From Patescibacteria group bacterium (GTDB lineage: Bacteria; Patescibacteriota; Saccharimonadia; CAILAD01; JADZBC01): a stretch of DNA of 64,000 nt. The translations under genes and the position numbers were made by a program. This document shows positions 10,453-19,788 of the stretch, piece by piece; position 1 is the first letter of the stretch, and the number at the start of each line of letters is the position of its first letter. The stretch covers positions 13,644 through 77,643 of the forward strand of contig JBPOIL010000012.1 in the NCBI GenBank assembly GCA_052034495.1, given 5' to 3'. The notes beneath the pieces were generated by a model. The model saw only the letters and a list, made by a program, of their open reading frames with translations, made no database searches and was not told the origin of the DNA.

Positions 10453-11352
10453 ATGGATACAATTATTCTCGTAGCTCTCGGCTTGACTATATTTTTCGTT
10501 CTAGTTCTCGCCATTATGTTCTATACACAGCAACAGTTTTTAAGCCAGTTTTTGGCTAGAACCAACAAGCCCGCTAAACAGAAGCCAGCCAAACAGAAAG
10601 AGGTGGAAGCAGCAGGTCCACAGGTTCTTGTGGACACATCGGCGATCATTGATGGCCGAATTGCGGACATCATCAAAACCGGCTTCGTACCAGGCAAGCT
10701 TCTCGTTCCACGGTTTGTACTGGCAGAGCTTCAGAACATCGCAGATAGTGATGACGCTATGCGCCGTGGTCGTGGTCGTAGAGGGCTGGAAATGCTCAAC
10801 CTAATGCGCCAGGATCCTAATGTCGAACTCGACATAATCGAAGAAAATCCAGAGGATGTTAAAGAGGTTGACCACAAGCTAGTGTACTTGGCAAAAAAGT
10901 TTAACACGAACATTTTGACCACTGATTACAATTTAAACCGTGTGGCTACTATTGATACCGTGAAGGTACTGAATGTGAATGAGCTAGCTAATGCTATTCG
11001 CCCTGTGGTGCTTCCTGGTGAAGAGCTGACAGTAAAGGTTGTGCAGCCGGGCAAAGAAAAGAACCAAGGCGTAGGCTACTTGGCTGACGGTACAATGATC
11101 GTTGTTGAGAGTGGCGACAAGCTCATGGGTAAAGAGGTTACCACTGAAGTAACTCGTATCTTTCAGACTGTTGCAGGTAAGATGATCTTTGCGACTGAGA
11201 AGAAACCGGGTGCGCAAGGATCCTCTAAGCAAGCTGGAACAAGGCCTCAGAACAGTAATGGCAAGCCTTACCATGCTAGACCACAGCGTTCTAGGCGGCC
11301 TGTCGCACCAAAGCCAAAGGACGGACAGGAAGAGGCTAAAAGCGCAAACTAG
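10453..11352 (+). CDS. PIN/TRAM domain membrane protein (YacL-like)
   Basis: VDTSAIIDGRI, RGRRGL, TTDYNLNRVA, GVGYLADGTMIVVE; clpC-radA-yacL synteny. Confidence 0.92.
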   Translation: MDTIILVALGLTIFFVLVLAIMFYTQQQFLSQFLARTNKPAKQKPAKQKEVEAAGPQVLVDTSAIIDGRIADIIKTGFVPGKLLVPRFVLAELQNIADSDDAMRRGRGRRGLEMLNLMRQDPNVELDIIEENPEDVKEVDHKLVYLAKKFNTNILTTDYNLNRVATIDTVKVLNVNELANAIRPVVLPGEELTVKVVQPGKEKNQGVGYLADGTMIVVESGDKLMGKEVTTEVTRIFQTVAGKMIFATEKKPGAQGSSKQAGTRPQNSNGKPYHARPQRSRRPVAPKPKDGQEEAKSAN

Positions 11353-11372
11353 TTATGGTGCTTTGGGCGCTG

Positions 11373-11410
11373 AAAACTAAAACCCCTCCAAGCGGAGGGG
11401 TTTTAGTTTT
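11373..11410. terminator. Bidirectional terminator
   Basis: AAAACTAAAACCCCTCC-aagc-GGAGGGGTTTTAGTTTT between convergent genes. Confidence 0.9.
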
Positions 11411-11426
11411 GAGTGTCACTTTGCTG

Positions 11427-14249
11427 CTATTCGTAAGTCTTTGTTGTGCTGCCTCCATAAACTGTGTCGGTAATGACAACTCGGGCTAGGATTCCAGGAG
11501 ACCAGCCTGTCCATTGCCACGGAGCGCTCGTCTTTGCTCCGCCCTGCGCTATGCCGTTATAGTACATAAGCATCGAGTATGAACCACTGCCACTTAGACT
11601 TGAGACGGTACATTTTACGCCCGCACAGCTTAATGATGCGCTCGGTCCTGCGACTGCCGCAACGCTCACTGTATTGCTCAGGCCGTTATACAGCACAGAG
11701 TCAATGACCTTTGCGCTGAACTGGTGCGAGCCTGCGGTTGATGGGGTATGCTCGATATCGTATGACCCGCTTCCGCCAATGTTCTGGCTGGCTATTTCAG
11801 CCCCATCCATATAGTAGATAAGCTTGTTGGCAGGGTATCGACCGCTGACTACATTTGCCGTAACGGTAAAGCTGGTCCCAGTTGCTTTATCGGTGGTAAC
11901 GGAGGCCGTTGGCTTAGCATCACCACATTGATGTACGTCGTCTTTTTGAGTTGGCAAGCTGCCACCGCTCATGCCGAGCGATGCCGCTAGTCCCGATACA
12001 GGGGCTTGCCATCGCGCATAAGATATATCCGTCGATGGGACCTCTGCAGATATGAGGCCAGCGCTCACGGTATCGATAGCTTCTACTGGGGTACATTCTG
12101 TAGCAAGCTTTCCTGAAATGCGATCAACCTTGGCCTCCTGGTCGCCACCTGACTTCGGCACCTGATACCATGAAGGAAAGATGTCGGTTCGGGTCTTCTT
12201 GGTGCCTGGGGTTGGCGCCTTGCCGGTGTTGGCGTCCAGGGTAACATCTTTAATGCCGCTTGGTCGCTTGAATTGCTCTACGGGGTCATCTTTCGTTACG
12301 GCAGCCATGTAGGTTTGCCAGATTGGTGCCGCTACGATGCTTGATGCCTGATTCATGGGGCTGTTGTTGTTGTTTCCTGCCCATACGCCTGTGACAACGC
12401 TTGGTGTGTAGCCCATAGTCCAGGCGTCTTTGAAGTCATTTGTCGTACCGGTCTTAGCAGCAACAGGACGACCAGCCAAGGTAAGTGGGTTGCTACAGGG
12501 GAAGGTGCCAAGACTACAACGTGCACCATTGTCGGAGATGATATTTGATACTAGGTAGGCTACTTGAGGGTCGAGAACCTGTTTACCCTTGTTGTTCTCC
12601 TTCTTGTTGTTTTCTAGGACTTTTCCAGTCTGATCAGTTACTTTGCGGACTACAATTTGCTCGCGATGCCTACCTTCTGATGCAAAGGTCGAATACGCTT
12701 CTACCATCTCAGTTAGCTTTACCTCGCCACTACCTAGTGTAAGAGATAGGCCATAGTCGTTCTTGGCATCCAGAGTCTTGATTCCCATGCTCTCTGCTGT
12801 GTCGAGAGAATTGTCGAGACCAGCCAGGTAGAGCGCCTTGACCGCAGGGATGTTCAGGGATGCACCCAGAGCCTGGCGAACTGATACTACACCGTAGTTG
12901 CGGAGAGTATAGTTGGTTGGCTTGTAGCCGCCCCCAAAGTCCGTAGGTACGTCATACAAGGTCGTGCCGGCGCCATAGTTCTTCTTGAACATCGTTGCAT
13001 ACACGATTGGCTTAAACGAAGATCCAGGCTGCCGTTCTGCAGTAGTAGCGTTGAAGCTACCGAATTCCTGGTCGCCATAGTCATAGCTTCCCACCATTGC
13101 TTGGACTTCGCCTGTCCTTGGATCTGCGGATACAAGCGAGGCGTTCGAGCCATTAGCACGCCGAACTCCTGCCATGCCTTTCGCAACGGCATCTTCGGCA
13201 ATCTTCTGCTTTTCGATATCTAGGGTGGTTACGACTTTGAGCCCGCCTTCGTTTACTCGTTTAATACCATACTCGGCTTCTAGCTGCTCCCTAACGTACT
13301 GCACAAAGTGCGGGGCGGTGATGTTCGCATAAGGCCTATATGGTACAAGCTGGGCCAGAACATCCTCTTTAATGGCTGCTTCTGCCTGTGTTTTTGTTAT
13401 GTACTTCTGTTCTGCCATGTTGTTTAGCACCCGGCGTTGGCGTCGAAGCAGGACGTCCTTATTCGGGCCATATGGGGAGTAGTAGCTAGGCGCCTGTGGC
13501 ATAGCGGCAAGCAGCGCACTTTGGGATAGTGTGAGGTCCTTGGCATCCTTGCCAAAGTAGGTTTTTGCGGCAGCCTGGATGCCATAGGCCGTTGACCCAT
13601 ATGGAATTTCGTTTAGATATAGCTTGAGAATGTCATCTTTCTTGTATAGCTGTTCAATCTCGATAGCCAGGATGAGCTCTTTTATCTTGCGACTTAAGCT
13701 TCGCTCATCAGTAAGCAGGGCGTTTTTGACATACTGCTGTGTGATGGTTGATCCGCCCTGGGTATTTCGCTTGAATACCGTATAGTAAACAGCTCTGAAC
13801 AAGCCCTGAATGCTGAATGCACCATGTTTATAGAAGTCCTTATCTTCAATAGCTACCGTAGCATCTTTGATGCTCTTTGGCATCTCGTTGAATTCAATCA
13901 GACTACGGTTTTTATCTCCATACACTTCCAGTAGTAGGGTCTTTTCGTCACTCGCGTAGATCTTTGTGGTTTGTGCGTTCAGCCGCGCATTGATTTTGTT
14001 CGGACTCGGAAGGTCTTTGGAAAACCACAGGAAGGTCAGCAGGATTAACCCAAGCCCAGCGGCAGCAAGGCCAATGACCGTACGGCGTCCTTTAGGGGTC
14101 TTTACCCAGGCCCATATGTTCTTGGGCTTTAGCTTAGCTAGGCCCTTGGCTTTTGAGGTCTTTCTGCTTCCCGCAGTTGCTTTTATTCTACTGTTCAAGG
14201 GGGAAGAGTCGCGATAGCGAACCTTCCGACCTTTGGATAGTTTTGGCAT
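11427..14249 (-). CDS. Class A penicillin-binding protein (transglycosylase-transpeptidase) with C-terminal Ig-like extension
   Basis: EDKDFYKH, GGSTITQQYVK, RKIKE, SSFK, SLN, KTGT motifs; start placed at MPKLSK (ATG with GGA SD). Confidence 0.93.
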   Translation of the reverse strand: MPKLSKGRKVRYRDSSPLNSRIKATAGSRKTSKAKGLAKLKPKNIWAWVKTPKGRRTVIGLAAAGLGLILLTFLWFSKDLPSPNKINARLNAQTTKIYASDEKTLLLEVYGDKNRSLIEFNEMPKSIKDATVAIEDKDFYKHGAFSIQGLFRAVYYTVFKRNTQGGSTITQQYVKNALLTDERSLSRKIKELILAIEIEQLYKKDDILKLYLNEIPYGSTAYGIQAAAKTYFGKDAKDLTLSQSALLAAMPQAPSYYSPYGPNKDVLLRRQRRVLNNMAEQKYITKTQAEAAIKEDVLAQLVPYRPYANITAPHFVQYVREQLEAEYGIKRVNEGGLKVVTTLDIEKQKIAEDAVAKGMAGVRRANGSNASLVSADPRTGEVQAMVGSYDYGDQEFGSFNATTAERQPGSSFKPIVYATMFKKNYGAGTTLYDVPTDFGGGYKPTNYTLRNYGVVSVRQALGASLNIPAVKALYLAGLDNSLDTAESMGIKTLDAKNDYGLSLTLGSGEVKLTEMVEAYSTFASEGRHREQIVVRKVTDQTGKVLENNKKENNKGKQVLDPQVAYLVSNIISDNGARCSLGTFPCSNPLTLAGRPVAAKTGTTNDFKDAWTMGYTPSVVTGVWAGNNNNSPMNQASSIVAAPIWQTYMAAVTKDDPVEQFKRPSGIKDVTLDANTGKAPTPGTKKTRTDIFPSWYQVPKSGGDQEAKVDRISGKLATECTPVEAIDTVSAGLISAEVPSTDISYARWQAPVSGLAASLGMSGGSLPTQKDDVHQCGDAKPTASVTTDKATGTSFTVTANVVSGRYPANKLIYYMDGAEIASQNIGGSGSYDIEHTPSTAGSHQFSAKVIDSVLYNGLSNTVSVAAVAGPSASLSCAGVKCTVSSLSGSGSYSMLMYYNGIAQGGAKTSAPWQWTGWSPGILARVVITDTVYGGSTTKTYE

Positions 14250-14357
14250 GAATTTCCTACGTAATTTACTGGTCTTATTATACCATGCTGGCTGCATTTC
14301 AAGGCTTGTTTTTGTGCTGGCTCGAACCACCTGAGCAGAGGTGATATAATGTGTTTT

Positions 14358-15545
14358 ATGAGTAAGAAAGAACAGATAGAAGAGCTTTTGAGCCGAGGGG
14401 TGGAAGATGTTGTTATTCGTCAGGAACTAGAAGAAAAGCTCCTGGGGGATAAGAAGCTTAGAGTTAAGTTTGGCATTGACCCTACTGGCAGCAAGATCCA
14501 TATTGGCCATGCCGTAGTTTACTGGAAGTTAAGGGCTTTCCAAGACCTAGGGCATAAAGTCATCATTCTAATTGGTGATTATACAGCCATGATCGGTGAT
14601 GCTTCGGATAAAGAGTCTGAGAGGCAAACGCTTTCCGTTGACGAGGTAAAGGAGAATATGAAGGCCTACCTGGATCAAATTGGCAAGATTGTCGACTTGG
14701 ATAAGGCAGAGATTCGCTATAACTCCGAATGGCTTAAGAAACTTAGCTTCCTAGATTTACTTGGCCTGGCGGGCGAATTTAAAGTTGCCCAGATGTTGGA
14801 GCGCGACAACTTCCGTAAGCGCTTTGAAAGCAATCAGCCAATCGGGCTGCAGGAGTTTCTTTACCCAATGATGCAGGGGTATGATTCGGTCGCTCTAGAA
14901 GCTGATGTTGAGCTGGGAGGTAGTGAACAGTTGTTCAACATGATGGCGGGTAGGGTCTTGCAGAAACGCTCTGGTCAAATCCCGCAAGCTGTTATGACAT
15001 TCGAACTCTTAACTGGTACAAATGGCAAGAAGATGAGCAAGACTCAGCCCAATTGTGTTTTTATTGAGGATTCGCCTGCGGAGATGTACGGTAAGATCAT
15101 GAGCTTGCCGGACGAGCTGATTGTTCATTACTTCAAGCTTGCTACAGAGGTGCCGCTAGATGTTATTGAGCAGATAGAATTCGACATGACTCAAGGGGCC
15201 AACCCTAGAGACAGTAAGGCGTTCTTGGCGCGCAGCATTGTTACTCGTTACCACAGTCAGAAGAGTGCCGAAGTGGCCGAACAGAGTTGGAATGAACAGT
15301 TCCGTGAAGGCGGAACACCTGAAGATATTGAGGAAGTTGCACTGCAGCCCGACAAGGATCAAGACTTCGTAGCAGTAATATCTGCTATCTTTGAGGTAAG
15401 TAGGTCCGAGGTGCGTCGTCTCATCGAACAGAATGGTGTTAAAATCAACGGCGAATTGGCGACAGCAGACACGTACACTCCTGTGGAGGATGACATTATT
15501 CAAGTCGGTAAGCGTCGGTATAAGCGAATCAAGCTGAAGAAATGA
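14358..15545 (+). CDS. tyrS: Tyrosine--tRNA ligase
   Basis: GIDPTG, HIGH, YPMMQGYD, KMSKT, C-terminal S4 domain with QVGKRR. Confidence 0.97.
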   Translation: MSKKEQIEELLSRGVEDVVIRQELEEKLLGDKKLRVKFGIDPTGSKIHIGHAVVYWKLRAFQDLGHKVIILIGDYTAMIGDASDKESERQTLSVDEVKENMKAYLDQIGKIVDLDKAEIRYNSEWLKKLSFLDLLGLAGEFKVAQMLERDNFRKRFESNQPIGLQEFLYPMMQGYDSVALEADVELGGSEQLFNMMAGRVLQKRSGQIPQAVMTFELLTGTNGKKMSKTQPNCVFIEDSPAEMYGKIMSLPDELIVHYFKLATEVPLDVIEQIEFDMTQGANPRDSKAFLARSIVTRYHSQKSAEVAEQSWNEQFREGGTPEDIEEVALQPDKDQDFVAVISAIFEVSRSEVRRLIEQNGVKINGELATADTYTPVEDDIIQVGKRRYKRIKLKK

Positions 15546-17587
15546 GCGCCGAGCGGGTTCGACTAGATACCCCGCTGAGTGAACTTAAGGGGGTGGGGGA
15601 TGTTATTAATCGTGGCCTCGGTAGGCTTGGGCTACAAACAGTTAAGGATCTTTTGGAGTTCTTTCCTAGGCGATGGGACGACTATAGCGTTGTCGACAGC
15701 ATTGCGGCTATACGACCAGGCTTAGTTACCGTAACGGGCACTATAGAGCATCTTGAATCACGCCATTCGTTCCGAAATAGACGGCTAGGGGTAGTGGAGG
15801 CGATAATTACGGATGGAACCGGGACCATCAAGGCGGTCTGGTTTAACCAACCGTTCGTGAAGAGCCAGCTCAATGTGGGTGGTCAATACGTCTTTCGTGG
15901 TAAGTTCGAATTTCGCAGTAATCATCTAAGCCTCCAGAACCCGACCTTTACTACAAAATCTACAGGTTCTGAAGCCCATATAGTTCCGGTGTATAAAGAA
16001 AACAACGCCATTAATTCCAAGCTAATCATTAAGCTTGTAACTCAGATTCTTGGGCTAACTGCTAAACTCGAAGACTTACTACCCGAAGAAGTTCGTGAAC
16101 AACACGGATTAATGTCGTACCAGCAGGCAATTCGTATGCTGCACCGACCCGAATCAGCCGAGCAGCTTGAGGCTGCCAAGGACCGGTTGGCATTCGAGGA
16201 GCTGTTTATGCTCATGGCCTCCGCACTGGCGCTTAAGCACGACATAAAGCTAGACCCAGCACCCCCGATTCCTTTCGAGCTTTCTGCCGTTGAGCAGTTG
16301 CTTACAGGCCTTAAATTTGGTTTGACGAGCAGTCAAAAGAAGTCCGCTTGGGCGGCTTTCCAGGATATGGAGAAGGATAAGCCAATGAACCGCTTGCTCG
16401 AGGGAGATGTAGGTAGTGGCAAGACAATCGTCGCCCTCATGGCTGCTTACATGGCGATTCGTGCGGGTTATCAAGTGGCCCTAATGGTTCCAACTGAGAT
16501 ACTCGCGCGTCAGCACTTGCTTTCAAGTAACAAGCTCTTTGAACCCCTCGGGGTCGAGGTGGACTTGTTGGTTGGTAGTTTGAAAAATCCGGATAAGTTA
16601 GCAGTGAAGCAGCGCATAAGCCAGGGCGAAAGCCAGCTTGTAATAGGCACGCACGCACTCCTGGAAGAAAGCGTGGAATTCGAAAAACTCGGGCTTGTCG
16701 TCATTGACGAGCAGCACCGTTTTGGCGTGAATCAACGCAGATTGCTTAAGGCGCAGTCGGATACTATGCCGCACGTGCTAACCATGACGGCCACGCCGAT
16801 ACCCCGTAGCTTGGCGCTCGTAGTGTATGGAGAGCTGGACGTTAGTATCATCGATGAGCTTCCTCCTGGTAGAAAGCCAGTTAAGACTAGACTTGTACTC
16901 GAAACAGACCGTAGTGCAATGGAGGCACATATCGACGAACTAATTAGTAACGGCCAGCAGGCATTTGTAGTTTGTCCATTGATTACTGAGTCTGATAGTT
17001 TAGGAGTAAAGAGTGTTCAGGCCGAGCACCAAAGGCTCACTAGTGGTGCATTCGCTCATCGTACAATTGAGGTCCTGCATGGCAAACTTAAGGCTGACGA
17101 AAAGCAGCATATTATGACTCAGTTTGCCCAGGGCGAGATTGATATTCTGGTCGCAACGACGGTGATTGAGGTAGGGGTGGATATTCCGAATGCCACAGTT
17201 ATGGTTATAGAGAGCGCTGAACGGTTCGGTTTGGCAGCTCTTCATCAGCTTCGCGGTCGGGTGGGCAGAAGTGGTCAGCAGGCGTATTGCTACTTATTGG
17301 CAGACAGCGATAATCCCAACACCCTGAAGCGGCTGCGGGCCATGGAGCGAACAACCGACGGCTTTAGACTAAGCCAAATTGACTTAGAGATGCGCGGTCC
17401 GGGCGAGATATATGGCGCTCGCCAGCACGGCGTGCTTGATTTGCGCATGGCAAACGTCATGGACACTAAACTGGTCGCACGCGTCCGTTCCGCCGCCGAG
17501 GCTTTCCTGGCAACTGGTGCCATGGTAGAATACCCGCATATGCTTAAGCGACTTAATCAGCTTAAGGCGATAACCACATTGGATTGA
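15542..17587 (+). CDS. recG: ATP-dependent DNA helicase RecG
   Basis: GDVGSGKT, DEQH, MTATPIPR, QLRGRVGR, DLEMRGPG. Confidence 0.97.
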   Translation: MSAERVRLDTPLSELKGVGDVINRGLGRLGLQTVKDLLEFFPRRWDDYSVVDSIAAIRPGLVTVTGTIEHLESRHSFRNRRLGVVEAIITDGTGTIKAVWFNQPFVKSQLNVGGQYVFRGKFEFRSNHLSLQNPTFTTKSTGSEAHIVPVYKENNAINSKLIIKLVTQILGLTAKLEDLLPEEVREQHGLMSYQQAIRMLHRPESAEQLEAAKDRLAFEELFMLMASALALKHDIKLDPAPPIPFELSAVEQLLTGLKFGLTSSQKKSAWAAFQDMEKDKPMNRLLEGDVGSGKTIVALMAAYMAIRAGYQVALMVPTEILARQHLLSSNKLFEPLGVEVDLLVGSLKNPDKLAVKQRISQGESQLVIGTHALLEESVEFEKLGLVVIDEQHRFGVNQRRLLKAQSDTMPHVLTMTATPIPRSLALVVYGELDVSIIDELPPGRKPVKTRLVLETDRSAMEAHIDELISNGQQAFVVCPLITESDSLGVKSVQAEHQRLTSGAFAHRTIEVLHGKLKADEKQHIMTQFAQGEIDILVATTVIEVGVDIPNATVMVIESAERFGLAALHQLRGRVGRSGQQAYCYLLADSDNPNTLKRLRAMERTTDGFRLSQIDLEMRGPGEIYGARQHGVLDLRMANVMDTKLVARVRSAAEAFLATGAMVEYPHMLKRLNQLKAITTLD

Positions 17588-17597
17588 TCAATACTTT

Positions 17598-18362
17598 ATG
17601 AACTCAGGATTTCTAACATTCGCAGCGAAGGGCAAGGCCTTTCGTTCAGTCGGCACGCATCAGCGCTTTGACCGTGAGGCTTTTCGTTTAGTCTCGCCCT
17701 TCATTAATCACGATAACTTTCCGCGCAGGAAGGACATCCTTTTGTTCGAAGGGGTAGGGGGTCCTGATGGGTTGAAGTTCAAAGGTAACTACGACACAAA
17801 CCATATGTGGGATCCAGTAAACGAGATTGGGTTTTTGCCTACTTGGATCGAGAGTCATTTGGCCAGCATGACGCAGGCTTTGCGCGAAAAGGATATGGTG
17901 GAAGCCAGCTTTCATGCCGGATGGATGGCGCATTATCTGACCGATAGCCTCACGCCCGCCCATCACTTGAGCCACGATCTTATTGCTGCTGAGTACGAGG
18001 AGAAGAGTAAGGCGCGTAAAGGCTGGTTGTACTGGGGCCGCAAGGGACTCATGAGTTCGCACGTTCATTTTGAGGCGGGCATCGCGACGTCCATGGTAAT
18101 GTCGCCAATTCGTGCAGATTTCGATAGGGCGCTATACGAGCGCATTAAAAAGCACGGCCTAGCTCACTGCGTACGGGAGGAATCATATCGTATATCTCAA
18201 CTTGGCCTGTATGATAAGTTTCTGAAAAAGGGCTGGAGCAGCAAGCTTGCTCGCGAAATCAAGCTATCAGTGGTGCCTCGAATTCCGCAGCTAATTGCTG
18301 CCGCCTGGCTGCTCGCCTATGAACAGGCGGATTATTCTCCTAAAGCCCCTAAAGGCAGATAA
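17598..18362 (+). CDS. Hypothetical protein, phospholipase C/P1-nuclease-like zinc-binding fold
   Basis: His/Asp pattern GTH...PD...H...HAGWMAHYLTD..TPAHH...SHVHFE. Confidence 0.55.
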   Translation: MNSGFLTFAAKGKAFRSVGTHQRFDREAFRLVSPFINHDNFPRRKDILLFEGVGGPDGLKFKGNYDTNHMWDPVNEIGFLPTWIESHLASMTQALREKDMVEASFHAGWMAHYLTDSLTPAHHLSHDLIAAEYEEKSKARKGWLYWGRKGLMSSHVHFEAGIATSMVMSPIRADFDRALYERIKKHGLAHCVREESYRISQLGLYDKFLKKGWSSKLAREIKLSVVPRIPQLIAAAWLLAYEQADYSPKAPKGR

Positions 18363-18895
18363 TGCTGCAGATAATTTCCGGGGAATATGCACGTAAGACC
18401 CTTGTTCAGCCCCCAAGCTCGCTTACTCGTCCTGTAGGGGAGAAGGTCCGAGGAGCAATATTTAGTAGTCTGGCCGATGAAGTGGTCGGAGCCAAAGTAC
18501 TCGACTTATTCGCTGGTAGCGGCGCATTGGGGCTTGAGGCGTTGAGTCGCGGAGCTGCAAGTGTGGACTTTGTAGAAAAGCACAGCAGGGTGGCGAAGAT
18601 AATTGATGAAAACATTGATAGTCTTGGAATTACAGAAGGAGTGCAGATATTCACTCGTACCGCGGAACAGTTCTTTCGTCATATTGATAGCAGGTACGAC
18701 ATTATCCTAATGGACCCGCCTTACGCAGATTTTACCCAGGGTCTGGTACAGCAGGCAGTAGGTTTGCTACAATACGGTGGCACTTTGGTAGTAAGTACTT
18801 CCAGCAAGAGCAGTGTTGTTGCTCCCGACGGGACCGTAATGGTTCGCCAGAAGGTTTATGGGGATACTATGATTACTGTAATTTTAAAACGGTAA
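18362..18895 (+). CDS. rsmD: 16S rRNA m2G966 methyltransferase RsmD
   Basis: TRP, LDLFAGSGALGLEALSRGA, DPPY; recG-rsmD context. Confidence 0.93.
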   Translation: MLQIISGEYARKTLVQPPSSLTRPVGEKVRGAIFSSLADEVVGAKVLDLFAGSGALGLEALSRGAASVDFVEKHSRVAKIIDENIDSLGITEGVQIFTRTAEQFFRHIDSRYDIILMDPPYADFTQGLVQQAVGLLQYGGTLVVSTSSKSSVVAPDGTVMVRQKVYGDTMITVILKR

Positions 18896-18937
18896 GGTAT
18901 GTAGGCGGAATGGCTGCACAAAGTAGATAGTCAGCAA

Positions 18938-19017
18938 GCGGATGTGGTGGCCGCGTGAAACGTAAGTAGGCGTAGACACGCTAGCCAGGGCCGTCCGGTG
19001 AGACGCTTGGTTGAGAG
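18938..19017 (+). pseudogene. Interrupted duplicate of the tRNA-Leu 5' half
   Basis: GCGGATGTGGTGG (18938-18950) and GTAGACACGCTAGCC (18972-18986) are identical to the tRNA 100 bp downstream; a 21-nt hairpin replaces the D-loop segment AATTG. Confidence 0.75.
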
Positions 19018-19037
19018 GTAAGTTTACAATTTAATAT

Positions 19038-19124
19038 GCGGATGTGGTGGAATTGGTAGACACGCTAGCCTTAGGAGCTAGTGAGGTAACACTCGTGAAG
19101 GTTCGAGTCCTTTCATCCGCACCA
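19038..19124 (+). tRNA. tRNA-Leu (anticodon TAG)
   Basis: GCGGATG/CATCCGC acceptor stem, CTAGC-ctTAGga-GCTAG anticodon arm, long variable arm, TTCGAG T-loop, encoded CCA. Confidence 0.97.
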
Positions 19125-19163
19125 ACTAAAAGCGCCCAGTGTCACCTGGGCGCTTTTAGTTGG
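19122..19163 (+). terminator. Terminator after tRNA-Leu
   Basis: Perfect 18-bp stem CCAACTAAAAGCGCCCAG/CTGGGCGCTTTTAGTTGG. Confidence 0.85.
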
Positions 19164-19197
19164 GTAAACTGCCTACGAAATATAGTGTTAAAAAGTA

Positions 19198-19226
19198 TTG
19201 ACATTTTAACGCTTACGTGATATTAT
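19198..19226 (+). promoter_or_regulatory. sigma70 promoter of GC-rich ORFan cassette
   Basis: TTGACA-17-TATTAT with TG extension. Confidence 0.8.
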
Positions 19227-19303
19227 TTATCTAACCTGCGCACAAGGCAAAGGTTACCCCGACAGAGGTTGGGGATGAGTTGAGCCTAGGAGGCCAACCA
19301 GCC

Positions 19304-19636
19304 ATGCAAACCGAAGTGGCAAGAGAAGAGCAGCACCGTCCCCGCCTCGGAAGCAGCTACGACGCTTCCGCGGTCCCCGTGGGGCAGGTGATGCAGGTCA
19401 ACACCCGCAACTCCGCCTACTACTTCGTCTTCACCGATGAGCGGCGCATCAACCGCACCGACATCACCGGGGTCTCCGTGACCACGACGAACAAGGGCAT
19501 CGCGGTGGGTGCGCCCGCCAGCGTGCGGGTCGACCGGGTGATCCGTCGCGGGCAGTCGCTCCGCTTCGGCGCCGGTCGTGGGACCACGACTTCCGACGTC
19601 GTCTCGGTCTACGTGGCGGGTCGCCAGGTCGTCTGA
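19304..19636 (+). CDS. Hypothetical 110-aa protein (GC-rich ORFan)
   Basis: AGGAGG SD at 19288-19293, own promoter and terminator, ~68% GC by hand count, strong GC3 bias. Confidence 0.75.
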   Translation: MQTEVAREEQHRPRLGSSYDASAVPVGQVMQVNTRNSAYYFVFTDERRINRTDITGVSVTTTNKGIAVGAPASVRVDRVIRRGQSLRFGAGRGTTTSDVVSVYVAGRQVV

Positions 19637-19702
19637 CCTGGTCCACCACAACTGCAGTCTTGAATGAGATCCAAGACAACATGCAGAGACCACCTTGATC
19701 TC

Positions 19703-19728
19703 GAGCCCCCACGTTATCGTGGGGGCTC
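19703..19728 (+). terminator. 3' hairpin/terminator of ORFan cassette
   Basis: GAGCCCCCACG-ttat-CGTGGGGGCTC. Confidence 0.75.
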
Positions 19729-19788
19729 AATTCGTTATATCGCTCTATTACTACCAAATCTGGCTATATTCTGCTAAGATATGAAACT

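Noticed and set aside
18896-18936. GGTATGTAGGCGGAATGG as another tRNA 5' fragment
   Set aside because: The resemblance is too short and no cloverleaf can be completed
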